Source: Nitrospirota bacterium
GTDB taxonomy: Bacteria > Nitrospirota > UBA9217
Length of the DNA: 64,000 nucleotides
Assembly (NCBI GenBank): GCA_963818475.1
Contig: CAWFSF010000006.1
Location: 2,080,001-2,144,000 of the forward strand
Direction of reading: 5' to 3'
Part shown: one piece after another, positions 43,579 through 51,870 of the stretch
Numbering within the stretch: position 1 is the first letter of the stretch
How the letters are laid out: each line of letters begins with the position of its first letter
Translations under genes and position numbers: made by a program
The notes under the pieces: generated by a model
Database searches by the model: none
What the model saw: the letters and a program-made list of their open reading frames with translations, nothing else
What the model was told of the DNA's origin: nothing

Positions 43579-43941
43579 TCATATTCCCATATTGATCCAG
43601 ACATCCGTTTCCCGCAAGGTCGCGAACAGGACCTTCAGCGAGCCGAGCTGCGCGCCCGGAATGTAATCTTCTTTCGCCGCACGGCGAAAGTTCATGCAGC
43701 CGCCTCAGAGGTGGACCTGCAGCCCCTTGTCGATGAGGCGGGCAAACTCCTGCTCGGCATGCGGCATCCCCTTGGCCTTTTGCTTGGATAAAAAGCAGTA
43801 GAGTCCGTCCGCCGATGCGATAAGGTTCACCCGATGGCCTTTGTTCAAAGCGGATTCCGCGATCCTGATGCTGGAAGCCGCATTTTCAAAGGAATACGGA
43901 GAGCTGGTCAGATAGATCGTGATTGTTTTGGCCATACTCAT
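43579..43941 (-). CDS. DsrE/TusD-like sulfur relay subunit, selenoprotein (UxxC)
   Basis: TSSPYS, ADGL; TGA 43705-43707 at the catalytic position (QVHL-U-GGCMNFR); read-through gives a full 120-aa DsrE fold. Confidence 0.88.
43672..43689 (-). promoter_or_regulatory. Candidate SECIS hairpin of dsrE-like gene
   Basis: UUUCGCC-GUGC-GGCGAAA starting 15 nt after the UGA. Confidence 0.65.
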
Positions 43942-43953
43942 TTTTCTCCAGTG

Positions 43954-44739
43954 TCACTGCGTTAAGATCTGATACCACATCTTAAGCCCGGTAACGGCAA
44001 TGATGATTGCAATGGCGATCCGCAAGTGCTTGGTATTTACTTTTTTGCTTACGCCTCCTCCGAACTGGGCGCCCGGCACGGTACCCACGACAAGCGCCAG
44101 CGCAGCGGGCCAGAGAATTTGGCCGGTGACCATCTTGCCGACAGTCCCCGCAAGCGCTCCCAGAAATACGATCCCGAGCGTGCTGCCGATCACGATCCGC
44201 GTCGGGATATTCAAGATATAGATCATGATCGGGATATAGATAAATGCGCCCGGCGCGCCCACCATGCCTCCGAACACGCCGATGACGAGGCTCACGGCCA
44301 TTGCCAATGGCTTATTATATTTGAGTTCGTCTGGCAACATATCCTTCCCCTGTTCGCGCTTGGGGATGAACATGGCCACCGCGGCGATCACCGCCAGAGT
44401 TGCAAAGATGGCGAGCAAAAAGGAGCTTTTCGTGTGCTGTGAGTAAAAAGAGCCCGCAAGATTTCCGATGGCGTTGCAGACGCCCATATAGAGGAGCAGT
44501 GATTTGCTCACAAATTTGCTCTTATTGTGGACGATGACGCCCGTGAGAGAGGCGGACAGGACCTGCACCATGCTGATGGCAGCCACGTGCTTCATGTCGA
44601 ACTGCCCGACGCCAAGAAGCGGCGGCACATAGAGGAGCAGCGGGATCATAAAGATCGCACCTCCCAGGCCTAATAGTCCGGAAAGAAAGCCGCCACCCAG
44701 ACCGAGCGAAACAAGGGTGATCAAGAGGGGGATCTCCAT
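43954..44739 (-). CDS. TauE/SafE family exporter
   Basis: GFLSGLLGLGGA, GMVGAPGAF; TAATG overlap with the upstream gene. Confidence 0.9.
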   Translation of the reverse strand: MEIPLLITLVSLGLGGGFLSGLLGLGGAIFMIPLLLYVPPLLGVGQFDMKHVAAISMVQVLSASLTGVIVHNKSKFVSKSLLLYMGVCNAIGNLAGSFYSQHTKSSFLLAIFATLAVIAAVAMFIPKREQGKDMLPDELKYNKPLAMAVSLVIGVFGGMVGAPGAFIYIPIMIYILNIPTRIVIGSTLGIVFLGALAGTVGKMVTGQILWPAALALVVGTVPGAQFGGGVSKKVNTKHLRIAIAIIIAVTGLKMWYQILTQ

Positions 44740-45029
44740 TATGCCTCCGATCCGCTGTTGCTCAGCATCGCCGCTTGTATATCTTCGTAGGTAACGGCAG
44801 CTGTCCCAATCAAAGTGTATGACGGCGCTACGATCCGGCCATTCACCATCACTGATGGACAAGATGGCGGGTCTTTTTCCTGGCTGTATTCCTTCGAGGT
44901 TTTCTTAACAACGACAATTTCCGCGCCGAGTTCCTTCTCCGCCCGACGGGCGGCTTCCATGATGGATAGTCAGCGTTTGCCCATGGGATCATTCATGTAG
45001 AGAGTGATCGTATGCTTTTTCATATACAT
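44739..45029 (-). CDS. Small thioredoxin-fold-like selenoprotein (NDPxGxxU)
   Basis: MYMKKHTITLYMNDPMGKR-U-LSIMEAAR (TGA 44970-44972) ... CPSVMVNG; TAATG-coupled on both sides. Confidence 0.8.
44939..44953 (-). promoter_or_regulatory. Candidate SECIS hairpin
   Basis: CCGCCC-GUC-GGGCGG starting 16 nt after the UGA. Confidence 0.6.
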
Positions 45030-45370
45030 TAACGTCTCCTTTCGCCTGGGTATGCTCCTTTTTTCGTCACCGGGCAGCAGGCCGGTGCGGGGACATCTTC
45101 TGTATATTCTTTTTTAAGCAGATTGAGCAGATCAGGGATGAGGGGTTCTTTCAGGAAGTAGCATTTAAGCCTGCCGTCGACGAAGAAATCAACGATCCCG
45201 TTCGTCCGTAGCAGCGTCAGGTGCTGGGATACGTTCGGCTGGCTGATCTCAAGGGTCTCCTCGAAATCGCTCACGCACTTCACGCCCTGTGTAAGATCTT
45301 CAAGGATCCTGATCCGTATGGGGTGGGCGATGATCTTCAGGATTTCAAAGCGCTTCTCTATGGGGACCAT
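45029..45370 (-). CDS. ArsR/SmtB family regulator
   Basis: AHPIRIRIL, KCVSD, ISQPNVSQHL; C-terminal PACCP. Confidence 0.92.
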   Translation of the reverse strand: MVPIEKRFEILKIIAHPIRIRILEDLTQGVKCVSDFEETLEISQPNVSQHLTLLRTNGIVDFFVDGRLKCYFLKEPLIPDLLNLLKKEYTEDVPAPACCPVTKKGAYPGERRR

Positions 45371-45402
45371 GGGTATTTCTCCTCAGGGCGACCGGTACGC
45401 TT

Positions 45403-45654
45403 TCATGTATCGATCAGGCCTGGACCATCCAATCGTATATGAATGATGCTTGCATTTTCCTGATCCACGGCTTTAAGGACACTGCACCACTTATTTTTCA
45501 GGAAGCATTCTACCATCGCTTTCGATGCGATGCTGTTATCTATTCTTACCAGGAGCGTATCTCCCGGGGACAACTTACTCAACTCTGCCATCAACCTCTT
45601 TTTGTCTGGAATGGAACTGTCAAGCATGATATCCAGAGGCTCAGTCAATTTCAT
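45403..45654 (-). CDS. TusA/SirA-like small protein (degenerate)
   Basis: LSKLSPGDTLLVRID and C-terminal IHIR resemble TusA; no CPxP. Confidence 0.55.
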   Translation of the reverse strand: MKLTEPLDIMLDSSIPDKKRLMAELSKLSPGDTLLVRIDNSIASKAMVECFLKNKWCSVLKAVDQENASIIHIRLDGPGLIDT

Positions 45655-45881
45655 AAATAACTATATCCCCCTACTCTGCAATTAATTATATGCAAACATT
45701 ATTATGTTTTAATATAAATGTCAAGCACATTTTTACCGGCCCCGATTAGCCGCCCCGTGCTGAGCATGCGCACACATCCGCAAGCAACGACGAGAAAAGC
45801 GATATGAAGTTTGACCTGGACCAACTGAGTGTGTACACTAGATGCATCTCAGGTTTATTCAGAGCTGAACAGGAGGACGTG

Positions 45882-47337
45882 ATGCTCCGATCATGTTTTA
45901 TCGGCATTGACCAGGGAAGCAGTTCTACCAAGGCGCTTGCCCTGAGCCTTGACGGCCAGGTCCTGTACCAGACGAAGAAGGTCCTTCCGCCTGCGTATCG
46001 CGACGGCCAGCGCGTTGAGCATGACCCTCTTGCCATCCTCGATTCGGTCCGGAAGGTGCTGGACGAAACGATCCAGTACCTTCGCTCCGCCGGCGTTACG
46101 ATCAGCGGCATCGGGCTTGCCTGCCAGCGTTCGTCCTGCCTGGCCTGGGAAGAGCAGACGGGAAAGCCCCTGTCACCCGTCTTAAGCTGGCGCGATACGC
46201 GCGGAGCAGAGTACGTGCAGGGTCTCGGCACGAACGCACCGCGCATATTCGATCTCACCGGCCTGCCGCTTACACCCTATTACGCAGCCTCCAAATTTCG
46301 CTGGCTTGAAAGACCATATGCAGGAAACCCGCGGTCCCGGTGTTGTCTTCGGCACCCTCAGCAGCTTTCTCTGCCAGCGCCTCACGAATGCGGACAAGGC
46401 ATTCATCGACCATACGAACGCGGCCCGGACGCAGCTCATGAACATCCATTCCTGCGCCTGGGATGATGAACTACTGAAGCTCTTCGGACTTGCGGATATC
46501 CGGCTCCCTGCTATCACGCCGACACTGCAAAGTTTCGGCACTGTCCAGGCTGCAGCGGAAAAGATCCCCCTGCTCGCCTGCATCGGCGACCAGCAGGCGG
46601 CCATGGCAGGCCTTGGCATTCTCGAGAAGAACGACGGAGGCATTAACTACGGAACGGGCGGCTTTCTGATGGTGAACACCGGCAGCAGCCTCGTGCCCGC
46701 CCCGGGACTGATGGCGTCGATCCATTACTCAACGGACCAAAACCGGCACTATCTGGTCGAGGGGAGCGTCAATGCCGTGGGCGACAGCCTTGAATGGCTC
46801 AGGGAACAATTGCAGGTTTTTAAGGATTACGCTGAACTGGACGACCATTGCTGGCAGGCGGCAACTGATGTCGTTGCCTTCATCGGCTTGAACGGGACCG
46901 GGTCGCCGCACTGGGAAAGGGACATTTCGAGCTCGATCCATGGCCTGACCGCAGAAAGCAGGCCGGGCGACATCGTTCGGAGCGCTGTCGAGAGCATCGC
47001 CTTCTTCATGAAAGACATCGCTGCAGCAGTCGGGAAGGCAGGGCTCGAGCCAACATCCTTTTCAGTTTCGGGAGGCCTGGCATCGCTCAGCTACCTTGTT
47101 CAGGTCCAGGCCGACATCCTGGGCAAGGACCTGCAGGTAAGCGCTGAGCAGGAGGTATCGGCATTGGGAGCAGCGTTGCTTGCCGGTCTGTCTCTGGGGG
47201 TTTTGTCTTCAGCGGACATTAAAAGGATCGTGCCGCAGGGTGAGGTCGCTCAGGCACGTCAAAATGCCGGTGCGGAAAAACGGTATCGTCGCTGGAAAGA
47301 GCTCCATCGGATGACGAAGCTGCTCGACGAGATGTAA
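45882..47337 (+). CDS. FGGY carbohydrate kinase, glycerol-kinase-like (frameshift ~46305)
   Basis: GIDQGSSSTK, SWRDTR, NAARTQL, GDQQAA, YGTGGF. Confidence 0.88.
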
Positions 47338-47371
47338 CCGGAATCCGCCATCACTCCTGAACCATGCCTGC

Positions 47372-48245
47372 CTATCCGTGCGAATATGCCAGTTGTTCCT
47401 GCTTTGAAAAGGCCAGGACGCCGATATAGACGAGGCTGACGATCGGTACCAGAATGAGCAGACCCAGCCATTTGTTCCTGCCGAGATTTTCAGTAATGCA
47501 CATCCAGACATAAATAATAACGACGAAGCCCACAACAGGAATAAAGAAGAGCAAGACCCACCAGCAGGGTTTGCCGGCTGCCTGAAGGAGCGTCCAGATA
47601 TTGACGATCGGGACCCATGCTGTCCAGGGAGCCTGCACATTCAGCTTTTTGGCGATCAGGAAGAGGCATAACGAGAAATAAACATAGAGAGCAGCGCCCA
47701 GCGCGAGAAAGATCATAAAAAAAGCCGCCACGAACGCCATGATACCTTCATTCGTCAGTCTGTTGCAGTTCTTCAGGAACGGAAGAGCGCAGCTCATCGC
47801 ATGCAGTGGTGGTGCTGTTGCTGTAAGCTGCGAGACCGTTGCAGCTGTCGCCATGACATCATGGCCACCCCGGGTCGTCGTAGGCTGTGAAATCGGCGAC
47901 GCGAGGCCTGATCGTCGGCGTACCTGCTGACGACGGCACGGTTGCAGTGGCCTTCGTTACTTGTCCCTGGGGAGGTATCGGCGCCAGGGGAGCGGTCTGC
48001 AAGGGACTCTGTTTCACTTCAGGCGTGGCAGGAGAAGCAACCGGAGCAGGAGCAACCGTTGCAAATTTGCTTTCTTCTTCAGAGTTGCTTTCTTCCTCCA
48101 CACCTTTGACCGGCTTCGGGTAGTCGGTAATATGGAACACTCCGTTGTCATCGACCCAGCTGTAAGCGGCGAAGGCAGGAGAAGAACAGAACAAGCTTGA
48201 GGCAGCAATGACGAATACGGCACCGAGAAAGAGCCTTTTAGTCAT
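47372..48245 (-). CDS. DUF4124-like N-domain, Pro/Ala linker, C-terminal membrane domain (frameshift ~47880)
   Basis: YSWVDDNGVFHITDYP; WTAWVPIVN, GKPCWW, LLILVP. Confidence 0.7.
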
Positions 48246-48475
48246 GAATAATTCTCCTTAGAGGACAACGTGCAACAAAGTGTATCATGGGGCTGCGGAA
48301 CCTGTCAATGGAAAGTAACGGCCATAACAGCTTGTCTGATTCGTCGTCTTCTCCTTCTGCGACAGCTGCGCCGATTGACATGCGCCGCCCAGGTGCTGGA
48401 CAGGCCTGGGAAGATGGGTTATACTCTTCGCAGATACGATCTGCAGAATACTCTGCACCCTGGAGAGGAGCACAG

Positions 48476-49075
48476 ATGCAGATCATGGATTTGGCGAAGG
48501 CATCGTTGCTCAGTTTTATACCGATCATGGTGGCGCTCGATGCCCCGGGAACGCTCCCCCTCTACGTTGCCATGACCGAGGGGATCAAGAAGCATGAGCG
48601 AAGGACGATCGTGCGCCAGTCCATTCTCACCGCGCTGTTGATCACGATCGGGTTCGTGTTCCTGGGACAGGCGGTCTTTCATGCGCTCGGCATCCTGGTC
48701 GAGGACTTCATGATCGCCGGCGGGATCGTGCTGCTCATCATCGCCGTAAGCGAGATCGTGCGCGCCGGCGAGCGAAAGATCCTGATCAGCCCCACCATCG
48801 GCGTGGTCCCCTTCGGCACGCCGCTCATCGCAGGACCTGCCACGCTCACGACCACCCTGGTGCTCGTCGGCACCTACGGCTATCTTCCCGTCATCCTGTC
48901 GCTCATCGTCAACATCCTGCTGGCCTGGGCCATCTTCTCCCAGGCGGACCGGATCATCAGGCTCATCGGCATCAGCGGCTCCCGCGCCTTTGCCAAGATC
49001 GCGGCACTGCTGCTTGCAGCCATCGCCGTCAAGATGATCAGGAGCGGCATATTTACGCTTATCGGGATTCAGTGA
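48476..49075 (+). CDS. MarC family membrane protein
   Basis: ALDAPG, FMIAGG, VPFGTPLIAGP, LAAIAV. Confidence 0.9.
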   Translation: MQIMDLAKASLLSFIPIMVALDAPGTLPLYVAMTEGIKKHERRTIVRQSILTALLITIGFVFLGQAVFHALGILVEDFMIAGGIVLLIIAVSEIVRAGERKILISPTIGVVPFGTPLIAGPATLTTTLVLVGTYGYLPVILSLIVNILLAWAIFSQADRIIRLIGISGSRAFAKIAALLLAAIAVKMIRSGIFTLIGIQ

Positions 49076-49091
49076 ACCTGAAAAGAACTTT

Positions 49092-49257
49092 TTGGACGCG
49101 GATTTACGCGGATAGACGACAGGCAGTGAAACTCTCGACATCCAATCAGATTTGTCATTCTTCACTTTTGTTCAGGATGACGCCTAATAGATTCTAACCC
49201 GGACAAGCCGGAACCAAAAAGCCTTTTCACCACGAAGGGCACGAAGATCACGAAAAA
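49092..49257. repeat. Cluster of degenerate REP-like remnants
   Basis: acgcggatttacgcggat; cacgaagggcacgaagatcacgaa (9-nt period); gtcattct...caggatgac. Confidence 0.45.
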
Positions 49258-49318
49258 GTTGAAAAAGGTTGTCAAGTGGGAATGGTCAGCGACAGGTTGC
49301 GGTGAGCTCGATTTTTGC

Positions 49319-49993
49319 TTACATCAGTTCATTAAAGTCCATGACCGCGGGGAACTCAGTGGACGTGCCGGGAGGGAGCTTTGAGTTGCCGAGTGCCTTG
49401 TAGACAACATACTTGATCCCGAAGGCCTTTGCGGTTTTCAGCACAGCAAGCGTATCATCAACGAACAAGGTGTGCTCCCGGTGAAACCCTATTTGCTGTT
49501 CGGCCCGCTGCCAGAAATCAGTCTTCTCTTTCGGGAACCCTATCGCATCTGACGTGATGGATCCGGTCAGGTACTTTCCCAGATCCGTTTTCCTGAGCTT
49601 CAGATCGAGGACCTTGTAGTGCGCGTTCGTGGCAATGAACGTCCTCTTTTCCCGCTGCTTCATCAGCTTGAGAAAGCTCTCCACATGAGGATGCACCTCG
49701 ATAATATGGCGGATCTGTTCCTTGAGCGCCAGGATATCAAGATGCAGTTCCCTTGACCAGAAATCGATATCGGTCCAGTTCAGGGTCTCTTCGTGCGATT
49801 TATACTTTGCCAGAAGCTCTTCTTTTGCCCTGCCGAACGTGATGTTATGTTTGTCCGCGTACTTTTCGGGAACAAGATGCTCCCAGAAGTAATCGTCGAA
49901 ATACTTGTCGAGCAGCGTTCCGTCCATGTCGAGCAGCACGCAATCGATGTCTCCGGTGGAGAGCGCCTGTTTGATCTCGTTGATCGTGGTCAT
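49319..49993 (-). CDS. HAD-family hydrolase, YrfG-like nucleotidase
   Basis: DMDGTLLD, ATNAH, FVDD. Confidence 0.88.
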   Translation of the reverse strand: MTTINEIKQALSTGDIDCVLLDMDGTLLDKYFDDYFWEHLVPEKYADKHNITFGRAKEELLAKYKSHEETLNWTDIDFWSRELHLDILALKEQIRHIIEVHPHVESFLKLMKQREKRTFIATNAHYKVLDLKLRKTDLGKYLTGSITSDAIGFPKEKTDFWQRAEQQIGFHREHTLFVDDTLAVLKTAKAFGIKYVVYKALGNSKLPPGTSTEFPAVMDFNELM

Positions 49994-51099
49994 GGCCGGA
50001 TATACCCCTCGACCATCAAGTCCTGCCCGACCCACTGCGACGTGACCCGGTGCAGCCTGATCGCCTTGCTGAGCCTGGCCGGCGACTTCCCGCCGATGGA
50101 ACACAGGGAATCTGCACCCGTCATCAGCAGGGGGGCTGAGAACACCACGACCTTGTCGACAATGCCCGACCTCAAGGCTGAAGCATTCACCGTTGAACCA
50201 CCCTCGATCAGGACCGAGGTGACGCCGAAGCTGCCGAGCATGCGCATAAGATCATTTCAGGTCCACCTGTCCGTTCTTTTCTTTCACGATCAGTATTTCT
50301 GCGCCTGCATCCAGCAGTTTATCGAGCCTGTCCTTGGGCATGCTGTCGAGCGTGGCAATACAGGTTTTTGCGGCCGAATGTTGCGTCAGGACCTTTGCAA
50401 TCAACGGGACCCTCAGTTTCGAGTCAACGACGACACGCAGCGGGTCGCGGCCATGAGGGACCCTTGTGGTGAGCGACGGGTCGTCCTTCAGAACGGTGTT
50501 GATGCCCACCAGGATCGCATCATGCTGGTCCCGCAGCCGGTGCCCTTCCAGACGGGCCTCTTCTCCGGTGATCCATTTCGATTCGCCGGTATGCCGTCGC
50601 GATCCTGCCGTCCAGGGTCTGAGCGATCTTGAGCGTTACAAAGGGCATGCCCGTGGTCACGTGTTTGATAAATGCCTCATTCAGCTTTTTCGCATCAGCT
50701 TCGAGAACACCCGTCTGCACCTCGATCCCGGCCTTGCGCAGTGCCTTGATGCCGCCGCCGGATACGTGCGGATTCGGGATCGATCATCGCCACCACGACC
50801 CGCTTAACGCCGCTCTGCACGACCAGCGGTGTACAGGGCGGCGTCCGCTTGTTCGTGTGCGAACAGGGCTCAAGCGTCACGTACAGCGTAGCCCCTTTAG
50901 CTGCTTTGCCGGCCTTCGCAAGCGCAATGGCCTCGGCATGGGGCTCGCCGGCCTTCCGGTGATAGCCGCGGCTGACGACCTTCCCGTTCTTGACCACGAC
51001 GGCGCCCACCATGGGGTTCGGGCTCGTCCTGCCCCTGGCCTTTTCGGCAAGGCGAAGCGCCATGCGCATGTATTTTTCGTCTAGAGGTTGTTTGGTCAT
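49990..51099 (-). CDS. ribD: Riboflavin biosynthesis deaminase/reductase RibD (3 apparent frameshifts)
   Basis: PNPMVGA, HAE, TLEPCSH, PPC; TLDGRIA, DDPSLT, EGG. Confidence 0.92.
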
Positions 51100-51102
51100 T
51101 TT

Positions 51103-51492
51103 TTATTTCTTCCGGGGAACGGTATGTTTTTTCAACCATGCAATGGCTTCACCAGTCGCCAGTTTCCCAACAGCCATGTCCAAAGCAAACCGTTCGAATG
51201 TTTTCTGCGGTGCTACCAACACCAAACCATTTATCTGAAGGAACAACCCCGTTGACGTAACAGCAGTCCTCTTGTTCCCATCCAGAAAAGGATGATTCCT
51301 CGCCAATGATTCCATCAGAGCGGCAGCTTTCGAAAAAACATCCGGATAGAGTTCATCTCCGCCGAAGGTTGCCTTCGGTCGCGCTGCCGCGGATTGCAGG
51401 AGGCCGACATCCCGAACGCCATGAGCGCCACCGGTCTCATCGACGATCCTCGCATGGATGAAGAGAATCTGTTCTTCGGTCAGGTATTTCAC
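51103..51492 (-). CDS. doc: Doc/Fic family toxin
   Basis: HPFLDGNKRT motif. Confidence 0.92.
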   Translation of the reverse strand: MKYLTEEQILFIHARIVDETGGAHGVRDVGLLQSAAARPKATFGGDELYPDVFSKAAALMESLARNHPFLDGNKRTAVTSTGLFLQINGLVLVAPQKTFERFALDMAVGKLATGEAIAWLKKHTVPRKK

Positions 51493-51737
51493 TTTTTCGC
51501 AAGTTCCTTGAGCGCGGGACGATACCGTTCAATGAAATCATTTACCTGGGCTACAAACTCACGGTCCACGCTCTTGGGATATTTCTTCTTACGCACCGGT
51601 TCTATGACGATGCGGTCATGGACCTCATCAAGAGTCACATCAACCTCGGCGCCTACGGCCAGATCAAGTTTGCTGAGGTAGTCGGCAGGAATTGACACTC
51701 CCCTGCTATTCCCGACGGAGAAGACTTTTCTATGCAT
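51489..51737 (-). CDS. AbrB/MazE-type antitoxin
   Basis: RKVFSVGNSRGVSIP; ends YRPALKELAK; 4-nt overlap with doc. Confidence 0.9.
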   Translation of the reverse strand: MHRKVFSVGNSRGVSIPADYLSKLDLAVGAEVDVTLDEVHDRIVIEPVRKKKYPKSVDREFVAQVNDFIERYRPALKELAKK

Positions 51738-51758
51738 CAAACACCTCCTGACGCGTTA

Positions 51759-51779
51759 CGTTATAACGCCATTATAACA
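51759..51779. promoter_or_regulatory. Putative TA operator: two TTATAA palindromes
   Basis: CGTTATAACG and CATTATAACA, 11 bp apart, just upstream of the antitoxin RBS. Confidence 0.55.
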
Positions 51780-51823
51780 TACGATAAATCGCTGTAAAGT
51801 ATTTTGCGATGCAGGTTCAAACA

Positions 51824-51849
51824 AGAAGGGCGGCTTTCGCCGCCCTTCT
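51824..51849 (-). terminator. Terminator after ppdK
   Basis: AGAAGGGCGGC-tttc-GCCGCCCTTCT. Confidence 0.8.
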
Positions 51850-51870
51850 CATACATTCATAGCTTGCTGG

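Noticed and set aside
45690-45724. sigma70 promoter/ArsR operator for the selenium cluster
   Set aside because: TTGACA is present but no good -10 at 16-18 bp and the palindrome is weak; location plausible but not callable
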